DNA of 32,000 bases from Kiritimatiella glycovorans. Lineage in GTDB: Bacteria > Verrucomicrobiota > Kiritimatiellia > Kiritimatiellales > Kiritimatiellaceae. Of this stretch, positions 22,136-29,736 are shown one piece after another (the first letter of the stretch is position 1; each line of letters opens with the position of its first letter). The notes below the pieces were generated by a model, which had not been told where the DNA came from, searched no databases, and worked only from the letters and a program-made list of their open reading frames with translations. Location of the stretch: assembly GCF_001017655.1 (NCBI RefSeq), contig NZ_CP010904.1:300001-332000 (forward strand). Direction: 5' to 3'. The position numbers and the translations under genes were made by a program.

Positions 22136-23104
22136 TCACTCCCGCTCCCACGCCCACGCGGCGGCGCCCATCACCGCCGCGTCATCGCCGAGTTCGGCGA
22201 CGTTCACCTCGAAGCTGTCCCGGAAGGCCGGCATGCAGTTCCGCCGCGCCGTTTCCTCGATCTCTTCGCGGAAGATTTCAGGAATCGCTTCCACCAGGCC
22301 GCCGCCGAGCACGACCACGTCCGGGGCGATCAGGTTGATTACGTTGCCGGCGGCGCGGCCGATATGACGCGCGGCGTCGCGCACGATAGCCTCCACCGCG
22401 GTGTCGCCGTTTTGGATCGATCGGCTCAGCGCGCCGCTGCGGATCTGCGCCAGGTCGGTTCCGACCTCCTCCGCCAGCCACGGCGCGTCACCGCGATGAG
22501 CCGCGGCCGCCGCCTGGGCCGAGATGACCAGCCGGCTGGCCACGCTTTCGAGGCATCCCCGGGCCCCGCAACCGCACAGCGGACCGCCGGGCATTACCTT
22601 CATATGGCCGATCTCGAAACAGGAGAAGCGTCCGCCGCGCACGATCCGGTCTTCCATCACGCAGGCGCCGCCGATGCCGGTGCCGGGAAAAATGCCCAGC
22701 GCGCAGCGGGCGCCGCGCGCCGCCCCGAACCGGACCTCCCCGAACAGCCCCGCGTCGACGTCGTTGAGCACGGTGACATCCACGCCGAAGCGCTCGCTGA
22801 AATAATCCCGCAGGGGCAGCGATTTCCAGCCCATATTGGGCGCTTCGGGCAGTGCGCCCTTCTCGAGGTCCACCGGTCCGGGGATGCCGAACCCGATCGC
22901 GCTGAGGTCGCCGGAGGAGCAGTCGGCGTCGTCGAGCGCATCCCTCACCGTCTCCTCCATCCGCTCCAGCCCTTCAGACTCGCTGAGGTGCGCCTTCGTC
23001 TTGCGCTTCTTCTTTCCCAGCGGCTGGAACTTCCGGTCAAGCGCCACGGCGCGCATCTTGGTCGCCCCGAGGTCAAAGCCGATGACCACGTCCCGTTCGC
23101 TCAT
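22136..23104 (-). CDS. ROK-family sugar kinase (glucokinase-like), 322 aa
   Basis: Track ORF 22136..23104(-). N-terminal ATP motif VIGFDLGATKM, ROK zinc motif GHMKV...CGCGARGCLE, C-terminal VVLGGG. Confidence 0.9.
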   Translation of the reverse strand: MSERDVVIGFDLGATKMRAVALDRKFQPLGKKKRKTKAHLSESEGLERMEETVRDALDDADCSSGDLSAIGFGIPGPVDLEKGALPEAPNMGWKSLPLRDYFSERFGVDVTVLNDVDAGLFGEVRFGAARGARCALGIFPGTGIGGACVMEDRIVRGGRFSCFEIGHMKVMPGGPLCGCGARGCLESVASRLVISAQAAAAAHRGDAPWLAEEVGTDLAQIRSGALSRSIQNGDTAVEAIVRDAARHIGRAAGNVINLIAPDVVVLGGGLVEAIPEIFREEIEETARRNCMPAFRDSFEVNVAELGDDAAVMGAAAWAWERE

Positions 23105-23116
23105 CTTCGCACTCCC

Positions 23117-23968
23117 TTATTTCTGATTTCCGGTTAAAGATCGTACCGCGAGCAGAGCCAGGTAGACCGTGCCCGCGGTCAAAATGATGGCGGGGCCCGC
23201 CGGCCAGTTCAGACGGTACGCGAGCAGGAGTCCCGCCACCACCGCCGCGCCGCAGTAAAGCGTCGCTCCGAGCATCATCTGCCAGAGGCGGGTGACGAAG
23301 AATCCCGCCGTGGCGGCCGGGACCGTGAGCAGCGCGATCACCATGACGATGCCCACCACCTGCACGAGCTGCACGATCGTCAGCGCCGCCAGCGCGAGCA
23401 GCAGCAGATAGTATCCCTCCACCTTCAGCCCCCTGACCCGCGCGAACTCCTCATCGAAACACACGGCCAGAAACCGCGGGTAAAGCAGGACGGCCGGGAG
23501 CAGGATGATCCCATCCAGCGCGGCGATGCCGCGCAGCTGGTTCGGGGAGACCATGAGGATGTCGCCGAAGAGGTAACGCATCGGATCGATATAACCGGGG
23601 GTGTGCGCGATGAAGAGCAGACCGGCCGACATCCCCAGCGCCCACAGCGCGCCGATGACCGTGTCCTCGCGCTCGCGCGACCGCAGGCTGACGACCCCCA
23701 GGATCAGCGCCGCGGCCAGCGCTGAAACGAGTGAACCGACGGCGGGAGTGAACCACGGTGCGATCTCCCGGGCCTGCAGGAAGAGCGCGAGCCCGATGCC
23801 GCCGAGAATGCAGTGGGCGATGGAACCGGCCATGCCGCTCAGCCGGCGCGCGACCACGTACGAGCCGGTGACGCCGAAGGCCGGCGCGGCCAGCAGGCCG
23901 GCCCAGAGCGCCCGCCGTAAAAAAGCGGTGTCCGGCGCGGTGAGGATGTCGATCCACGTCTCCATCAT
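23117..23968 (-). CDS. znuB: metal (zinc-type) ABC transporter permease, ABC-3 family (283 aa)
   Basis: Track ORF 23117..23968(-). A polytopic membrane protein with about 8 predicted TM segments. 4-nt overlap with the znuC-like gene. Confidence 0.8.
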   Translation of the reverse strand: MMETWIDILTAPDTAFLRRALWAGLLAAPAFGVTGSYVVARRLSGMAGSIAHCILGGIGLALFLQAREIAPWFTPAVGSLVSALAAALILGVVSLRSREREDTVIGALWALGMSAGLLFIAHTPGYIDPMRYLFGDILMVSPNQLRGIAALDGIILLPAVLLYPRFLAVCFDEEFARVRGLKVEGYYLLLLALAALTIVQLVQVVGIVMVIALLTVPAATAGFFVTRLWQMMLGATLYCGAAVVAGLLLAYRLNWPAGPAIILTAGTVYLALLAVRSLTGNQK

Positions 23969-24714
23969 CCGCCTCCGGGAAAGGTGCGGGTTTGCTCGTG
24001 GCGCACGGCGGAGAGGCGCCCGCCGTAAAGCTCTTCAATCTTTTCGCCGGTGATCTCGCGGGTCGGGTGCGTGAAGACCCGGCGGTTGACGCAGATGCAG
24101 TAGTCGATCGCCGAGGAGACGAACCCCAGGTCGTGCGATACGACCACGATCGTCATGCGCCGGTTCAGCCGCGTGAGCAGATCAAAGAGATGCTCCTCCG
24201 CCGCGGGGTCGACGTTGGCCGTGGGTTCGTCGAGCAACAGCAGCTGCGGTCCGGAAACCAGCGCGCGGGCGATCAGCACACGCTGACGCTGCCCGCCGGA
24301 GAGCCGGTGAAAGGGGGTGTCGGCACGATCGTACAGTCCGGCCGTCTCCAGCGCCTCGCGTACACGCGCGCCGCCGCGGCCGCGGCAGCCGATCAGCCCC
24401 ATCCGCACGACGTCCCGCACGGTCACCGGAAACGCGCGGTCGTACTGAAGGTGCTGCGGCATGTAGCCGATGCTTCGCCGCACCCGTCCCGGCGGCCGGC
24501 CCAGGATGCGCACCGTTCCCCTGGCCGGACGGTTCAACCCGAGCATCAGCCTGAGCAGCGTAGTCTTGCCGCCGCCGTTGGGCCCGATCATGCACACGAA
24601 CGCGCCGGATTCGATGTCGAAGGTGGCGTCCTGCACCACGGGCGTGTTTCCGTATTCGAAGCCGACGCCGTTCAGGCTGACGGCCGGGGGTGCGGATGGA
24701 GCCGCATCGCTCAT
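23965..24714 (-). CDS. znuC: metal (zinc-type) ABC transporter ATP-binding protein (249 aa)
   Basis: Walker A GPNGGGKTT, signature LSGGQRQRVLIARA, Walker B LLLLDEPTANVD. Overlaps both neighbouring genes by 4 nt. Confidence 0.85.
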   Translation of the reverse strand: MSDAAPSAPPAVSLNGVGFEYGNTPVVQDATFDIESGAFVCMIGPNGGGKTTLLRLMLGLNRPARGTVRILGRPPGRVRRSIGYMPQHLQYDRAFPVTVRDVVRMGLIGCRGRGGARVREALETAGLYDRADTPFHRLSGGQRQRVLIARALVSGPQLLLLDEPTANVDPAAEEHLFDLLTRLNRRMTIVVVSHDLGFVSSAIDYCICVNRRVFTHPTREITGEKIEELYGGRLSAVRHEQTRTFPGGG

Positions 24715-25598
24715 TCCAGCGCCTCTTTCAGGCTCTCCGCCATGCGGAGCAGGTTCCGGCCGTAGTCGGGGTCGAGCGGATCGACCTCGATCAGGCGGGC
24801 TCCCGCCTCTTCCGCGATCGCGCGTGCGGCGTTCTGCGGGAACTGGGGCTGGACCAGTACGGCGCCGATGCGCTCCTCCCGCGCCCGCCGGATCCAGGAC
24901 CTCAGATGAGCGGGACCGGGTGCCTTGCCGCCGGGCTCAATCGCGGCCTGTTCGAGTTCGTAGGCCTCGGCGAAGTATCCGAAACTCGGATGGACCACAT
25001 AAAACGTGCGGCCCTCATACGGGGCGAGCATCGTCCCGATGCGCTCGTCCAGCCGGTCCAGCTCGTCGATAAAGAGATCGCACCGCCGGCGATACTCCTT
25101 CTCGCGGCCGGGATCGCGCCGGATCAGAGTGTCGCGTATGGTCCGCGCCATGATCCGCACACGGTCCGGGTCGAGCCAGACGTGGGGATCGGAGCGGCCG
25201 TGATCATGGGAGTGTTGATCGTGTCCGTCGTGCCGGTGGGCCTCCGGCATGCGGCGGAGCTTCAGTCCGCGCCGCAGATCCACAACCTCGGGGCCGCCGC
25301 GGGCGGTGCGGATTCTCGGCAGCAGCGCGTCTTCGAACGGCACACCCACCCGGAAAAACAGATCGGCCTTGAGCAGGGCCGCCACCTCGCGCGGTCGCGG
25401 GCGGTAGACCGCCGGACTCTCCCCGGCGCGCAGCACCGTCGCCGCCTCGACGCCATCCCCGCCGACCCGCTCCACGAAAGTCTTGAGCGGGGGGATGCTG
25501 GTCTGCACTCGAAGAACAGCGGGGTCCGGATCCGCACACGCCGAGAACACCAGCCCCGCGGCGGCACCAAGCGTAAAGATGAACCGGCTGCACATCAT
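24711..25598 (-). CDS. znuA: metal ABC transporter substrate-binding lipoprotein, ZnuA-like (295 aa)
   Basis: Lipoprotein signal (GAAAGLVFSAC). Cluster-9 SBP fold features and a His/Asp-rich loop, EAHRHDGHDQHSHDHGRSDPHVW, typical of zinc-specific ZnuA. Confidence 0.85.
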   Translation of the reverse strand: MMCSRFIFTLGAAAGLVFSACADPDPAVLRVQTSIPPLKTFVERVGGDGVEAATVLRAGESPAVYRPRPREVAALLKADLFFRVGVPFEDALLPRIRTARGGPEVVDLRRGLKLRRMPEAHRHDGHDQHSHDHGRSDPHVWLDPDRVRIMARTIRDTLIRRDPGREKEYRRRCDLFIDELDRLDERIGTMLAPYEGRTFYVVHPSFGYFAEAYELEQAAIEPGGKAPGPAHLRSWIRRAREERIGAVLVQPQFPQNAARAIAEEAGARLIEVDPLDPDYGRNLLRMAESLKEALE

Positions 25599-25645
25599 AA
25601 CCGCCGTATACTAGCGGGTGCGGGGCGCGACATGAAGGATGAAAA

Positions 25646-25807
25646 CCGGCGTCGCAGCGATTCTCATTATGGCTTCACCCTTTTCGGTCGGGGTGGCACC
25701 CGACCCTCCCAGTGCCCGAAAATGCGTCGGATATCGACTCGGGAGGGACGGCTGCCACGCCGTCCGCGGTCGGAATGCGGCCATAATGAGAACTGCTGCC
25801 GGCGTCG
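25646..25807. mobile_element. MITE-like non-autonomous element (144 bp) with flanking 9-bp direct repeats
   Basis: Left end CAGCGATTCTCATTATGGC (25655-25673). Right end GCCATAATGAGAACTGCTG (25780-25798), a 19-bp terminal inverted repeat with 2 mismatches. Flanked exactly by CCGGCGTCG at 25646-25654 and 25799-25807. The interior holds three GC hairpins and has no coding capacity. Confidence 0.6.
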
Positions 25808-25941
25808 CGGCCGGAGTGGAACGTGGAATGCGGGAGGTCAGAGGGAGCGCGACACTGCGTAATCATCTCTATCGTGGGGAGAGCATGGGATTCACCACAG
25901 CGGTCACAGAGGATGCCGGGGTCGGGATGGGAGACGCCAAA

Positions 25942-26090
25942 CGTTCGTAGTAGCGCCGCAAGCCTGCCCCCGGCAGGCCAGGCGCGTGAAGATAACGGCC
26001 CTTGTCCGCTGCGCGGACCTGCGGGCCTACTACGAACGTAAGAGAGAGCGCACGATCTTTTTGCCTGTGCTCTTCTCATTCATCTTTGCG
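25942..26090 (+). repeat. structured intergenic repeat A, copy 2
   Basis: Same 12-bp closing stem (25942-25953 / 26027-26038), same hairpins and same tail as copy 1. One hairpin pair differs by a compensatory change (T-A here, C-G in copy 1). Confidence 0.85.
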
Positions 26091-26180
26091 GTTTCCGGGT
26101 AGGGCGCGATCTCCGAGCGCGCCGGTCTTGCGGACGGCCCGGAGGTCCGTCCCTACCTTCACATGAAGGTCGGTTGAGGG

Positions 26181-26244
26181 GGTGAACATAATTCGTACTC
26201 TTACTCGTACGCGTACTCGGAGCGCCGAAGGCGCGATCCCATCC
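26181..26244 (-). repeat. repeat B, copy 2 (inverted relative to copy 1)
   Basis: GGTGAACATAATTC + (GTACTC TTACTC GTACGC GTACTC, 26195-26218) + GGAGCGCCGAAGGCGCGATCCCATCC is the reverse complement of 22019-22088, with 4 hexamers instead of 5. Confidence 0.85.
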
Positions 26245-26256
26245 CTCGATTCAAGG

Positions 26257-26296
26257 AATTCGAGTACGAGTACCGCTTCGCTGAGTACGAGTACGA
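26257..26296 (+). repeat. partial hexamer array (GAGTAC x2, 9-nt gap, GAGTAC x2)
   Basis: AATTC GAGTACGAGTAC cgcttcgct GAGTACGAGTAC GA. Opposite orientation to the 26195-26218 array, so the two can form a long imperfect palindrome around the GC hairpin at 26219-26241. Confidence 0.7.
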
Positions 26297-26396
26297 TGTG
26301 ACGCGAGCGGACTTGCCCCCGCTCACCATAAAAATCCTCGAATAACCAAAAATATGCGCAGGACCAAAAATCCCGCAGATTTTTATTATCTTGGTA

Positions 26397-26425
26397 TTGA
26401 CATATGTAGATAGCTAAATATATAA
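26397..26425 (+). promoter_or_regulatory. sigma70-type promoter with overlapping palindromic operator, upstream of the arsR-family gene
   Basis: Perfect -35 TTGACA (26397-26402), a 16-17-nt spacer, then -10 TATATA/ATATAA (26419-26425). Imperfect palindrome ATATGTAG-ATAG-CTAAATAT (26402-26421, 7/8 match) spans the spacer and -10. The ATG at 26433 is only 8-9 nt after the -10. Confidence 0.6.
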
Positions 26426-26432
26426 GGGCGCC

Positions 26433-26804
26433 ATGAAACGAGGCGAGACATGTATCGGAGCGGGGCACCTGACCCCCGAATGCCTGGAGCGGGCGGCGCG
26501 CATGCTGCGCATGCTCGCCCATCCTCAGCGCCTGAAAATCATGCGGGTGCTCGAACTGGATAAAGAGGCGCCGGTGTATCAGCTGGTTCGTGAAACGGGG
26601 TTCCCGCAGGCGGTCATCTCGCACCACCTGCGCCAGATGAAGATGCTGGGGCTGGTCGAATCCGAGCGGCGGGGGCGCGAGATGTGGTACCTGATCGCGG
26701 ACGAGCGCGTCCTGTCGATCCTGGACTGCATCTGCCTCCAGTTCAGCCGGCCGGAAGGCCATGCTGCCATGAAGGGAAAGCGGAGGGACGAAGATGAAGA
26801 ATAA
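26433..26804 (+). CDS. ArsR/SmtB-family transcriptional regulator (123 aa)
   Basis: Track ORF 26433..26804. Winged-HTH signature LAHPQRLKIMRVL...VYQLVRETGFPQAVISHHLRQMKMLGLVESERRGREMWY. Cys pairs at the N-terminus (C7, C17) and C-terminus (DCIC). 11-nt overlap with the RND gene. Confidence 0.85.
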   Translation: MKRGETCIGAGHLTPECLERAARMLRMLAHPQRLKIMRVLELDKEAPVYQLVRETGFPQAVISHHLRQMKMLGLVESERRGREMWYLIADERVLSILDCICLQFSRPEGHAAMKGKRRDEDEE

Positions 26805-29736
26805 TCCCGGAGGCCTCATCGCACGGTTCTGCACCCGTCACCCGCGCGCGGTGACGCTCCTGATGGTCAAGCTCGCGCTGCTGCTGGCCCTGCTGGCGGC
26901 GCTGCCGACGCTGTGGCCGGAACAGTTTACGGGGCTTGCTCCGCTGAAGGTCGATACCGATCCGGAGAACATGCTGCCGAAAGACGCGGAGGTGCGGGTC
27001 TACCACGACCGGATGAAGGAGACCATGTCGCTCAACGATATGGTCGTGGTCGGCGTCGTCAACGAACAGGATCCCGACGGGGTGTTCAATCCGGATTCGC
27101 TCCGGCGCGTGTACGAACTGACGGAGTACGCCAAAGGCCTGAGATGGCCCGCCGGTGATGCCACGAACGAAACCGTCGGCGTCGTCCCGATCGATATCAT
27201 CGCACCCTCCACGGTCGACAACATCGAACAGGGTGAGCAGCCGGGTGTCGTGCGCTTTGAGTGGCTCATGCAGGAGCCGCCCGCCACGCGCGAAGAGGCG
27301 CGTGCGATCCGGGAGCGCGCGCAGGATATCCCTTTCCTCAACGGTACGCTGCTCTCGTCCGACGGTAAGGCCGTGGCGCTCTACCTGCCGCTGACCTCGA
27401 AGGATATGAGCAGCCGGGTCTACGACGCGCTGCAGGAGAAGATCGCGACGTTCGACGGCCCGGAGCAGTATCACATCACCGGTCTGCCCGTCGCCGAGGA
27501 TGTCTTCGGCGTGGAGATGTTCAAACAGATGGCGATCTCCGCGCCGCTGGCCATGCTGATCATTTTTCTGCTGATGTGGTTTTTCTTCCGCAAAATCACG
27601 CTGATCATCTCGCCGATGATCGTCGCGGTCGTCTGCGTGATCATGACCATGGGACTGCTGGTGGCCACGGGCAACACGGTCCATATCATGAGTTCGATGA
27701 TTCCCGTGTTCATCATGCCGATCGCGGTGCTCGACGCGGTGCATATCCTCTCCGAGTTCTTCGACCGCTACCAGGAGACACGCGACCGCGAGACGACCAT
27801 CACGCGCGTCATGGATTCGCTGTTCGTGCCGATGCTCTACACCTCCATCACCACGGCGGTCGGATTCGGCTCGCTGGCGCTGGTCCCGATCCCGCCCGTG
27901 CAGGTCTTCGGCATCTTCGTCTCGTTCGGCGTGCTGATGGCCTGGCTCTGGACGATCACCTTTATTCCGGCCTACATCATGTTCCTGAAGCCCTCCTCGC
28001 TGGAAAACTTCGGCGCGGTCCATCACGGCGAGCAGGAGCATCAGGGCGCGCTCTCCCGCGTACTGCGGAAGACCGGGCGGGCCACGTTCCGCTACGCGAA
28101 ACCCGTCCTCGCCGGCGTCGTCGTGCTGAGTGCCGTGGCCGTCTACGGCATCTCGCAGATACGGATCAACGACAACCCGATCCGCTGGTTTAATCGTGCC
28201 CACCCCATACGCGTCGCCGACCGCGTGCTCAACGAGCATTTCGGCGGCACCTACATGGCCTACCTCACGCTCGAACCCGGAGAGGCCGCCGGCACGACCG
28301 CCGACTACGCCGCCGGTCTGCAGGAGCGGCTCCGCGAGAAGGGGGCCTCCCTGAAAGACATTCCGCAGTCGGAGAAGGTCTTCGAGGAACTCGCGCGCAG
28401 GGCGTCCGTCGGGCCGGAGGCGACGCAGCCTCGCGCCCAGCTCCTGGACCGCCTCGAAAAGCACGCCGACGAACAGCTCTTCGGCGCACCCGAAGCGCAG
28501 ATGGAGGCCTGGGACGCGGCCCTCTCGTTTCTCGCCAAAGAGCGCGGCCGCGACCAGGTCTTCAAACAGCCCGAGGTGCTGGCGTTCATAGACCGGCTCA
28601 AGGCGCACCTTCTGGACACGGGTATCGTCGGCGAAGTCAATTCGCTCTCGACCATCGTCAAGACCGTCTACCGCGAACTGCAGTCCGGCCGCGAAGAAGA
28701 TTACCGCCTTCCGGATTCCTCCGGCGGCGTGGCCCAGACGCTCCTGCAGTATCAGAACAGCCACCGTCCGCAGGACCTCTGGCACTTCGTGACCCCCGAC
28801 TACCGGACGTCGGTGCTCTGGCTGCAGCTCAGGAGCGGCGATAATCGTGATATGGAAAAAGTCGTGCACGCGGTCGACGCCTTCATGAAGGAACACGACG
28901 GCCCCGGGTCGGTCCGTCTCCGCCACCGCTGGTTCGGCCTTACCCATATCAACGTCGTCTGGCAGGACCGGATGGTCTCGGGCATGCTGCAGGCCTTCCT
29001 GGGGTCCTTCCTGATCGTGTTCCTCATGATGACCATCCTCTACCGCTCCGCACTGTGGGGGCTGCTTTCGATGGTGCCGCTGACGGTGACCATCGCGCTC
29101 ATCTACGGGGCGATCGGGCTGATCGGCAAGGACTACGACATGCCGGTCGCGGTGCTCTCCGCGCTCAGCCTCGGACTGGCGGTCGACTACGCGATCCACT
29201 TTCTTTCGCGCAGCCGCGCAATCTATCTCGAACACGGATCCTGGGCGGATACGGCGGGGCCGGTCTTCGGAGAGCCCGCACGGGCGATCACGCGCAATGC
29301 CATCGTGATCGGCGTCGGCTTCCTGCCGCTGCTCGCGGCTCCGCTCGTGCCCTATAAGACCGTCGGTGTGTTCATCGCCGCGATCCTGCTGACCGCGGGC
29401 CTCGCGTCGCTGCTGATCCTGCCGGCGCTGATCACGCTGCTCGAGCGGCTGCTCTTCCCGCGTACACGGAAGTCAATGATGGCTTGCCACTGCGGCACCT
29501 GCTTCGTCACCAGCCTGGCGGTGCTCGCTGTCGTGGTCATCAACCTGGCCCGCTTCCTGAAAGGAGGATGGACCGCGACGACGTGGGTGAGCCTGGTGAT
29601 CGTGCTCATCCTGGCCCAGGCGTGTTACTGGATCAGCCGGACCGAACGGTGTACCGAAGAGGTCCCGGTTCCCGGGCACGGGGGAACGGAAGACGACCTG
29701 AAACAGTCGGCCACAAACGAGGAGAGGGAACCATGA
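26794..29736 (+). CDS. RND-superfamily exporter, HAE3/MMPL (COG1033-like), 980 aa
   Basis: Track ORF 26794..29736. Two-fold repeat of one TM, a large periplasmic domain and a five-TM bundle (e.g. MAISAPLAMLIIFLLMWFFFRKITLIISPMIVAVVCVIMTMGLL; SFLIVFLMMTILYRSALWGLLSMVPLTVTIALIYGAIGL). Extra C-terminal hydrophobic pair with a CHCGTC motif. Confidence 0.9.
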   Translation: MKNNPGGLIARFCTRHPRAVTLLMVKLALLLALLAALPTLWPEQFTGLAPLKVDTDPENMLPKDAEVRVYHDRMKETMSLNDMVVVGVVNEQDPDGVFNPDSLRRVYELTEYAKGLRWPAGDATNETVGVVPIDIIAPSTVDNIEQGEQPGVVRFEWLMQEPPATREEARAIRERAQDIPFLNGTLLSSDGKAVALYLPLTSKDMSSRVYDALQEKIATFDGPEQYHITGLPVAEDVFGVEMFKQMAISAPLAMLIIFLLMWFFFRKITLIISPMIVAVVCVIMTMGLLVATGNTVHIMSSMIPVFIMPIAVLDAVHILSEFFDRYQETRDRETTITRVMDSLFVPMLYTSITTAVGFGSLALVPIPPVQVFGIFVSFGVLMAWLWTITFIPAYIMFLKPSSLENFGAVHHGEQEHQGALSRVLRKTGRATFRYAKPVLAGVVVLSAVAVYGISQIRINDNPIRWFNRAHPIRVADRVLNEHFGGTYMAYLTLEPGEAAGTTADYAAGLQERLREKGASLKDIPQSEKVFEELARRASVGPEATQPRAQLLDRLEKHADEQLFGAPEAQMEAWDAALSFLAKERGRDQVFKQPEVLAFIDRLKAHLLDTGIVGEVNSLSTIVKTVYRELQSGREEDYRLPDSSGGVAQTLLQYQNSHRPQDLWHFVTPDYRTSVLWLQLRSGDNRDMEKVVHAVDAFMKEHDGPGSVRLRHRWFGLTHINVVWQDRMVSGMLQAFLGSFLIVFLMMTILYRSALWGLLSMVPLTVTIALIYGAIGLIGKDYDMPVAVLSALSLGLAVDYAIHFLSRSRAIYLEHGSWADTAGPVFGEPARAITRNAIVIGVGFLPLLAAPLVPYKTVGVFIAAILLTAGLASLLILPALITLLERLLFPRTRKSMMACHCGTCFVTSLAVLAVVVINLARFLKGGWTATTWVSLVIVLILAQACYWISRTERCTEEVPVPGHGGTEDDLKQSATNEEREP

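Noticed and set aside
22124-23137. 337-aa + strand ORF.
   Set aside because: Antisense to the ROK kinase, which has ATP and zinc motifs. Shadow ORF.
24690-25862. 390-aa + strand ORF, plus the smaller 25639..25950 (103 aa) ORF.
   Set aside because: The first is antisense to znuA and then runs through the MITE-like element. The second lies entirely in repeat and hairpin DNA. Both have Arg/Gly/Pro-rich composition, no ribosome-binding site and no motifs.
26366-26384. AAAAATC-CCGCA-GATTTTT hairpin as an intrinsic terminator.
   Set aside because: The stem is 7 bp and almost entirely A-T, so it is too weak. It sits between divergent promoters where no transcript needs terminating. It is treated as part of the A-tract promoter-upstream region instead.
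26743-29235. 830-aa minus-strand ORF, the longest antisense ORF in the window.
   Set aside because: Antisense to the RND exporter, whose + frame gives 12+ clean TM helices. The minus frame is His/Asp/Arg/Glu-rich with no hydrophobic segments or motifs.
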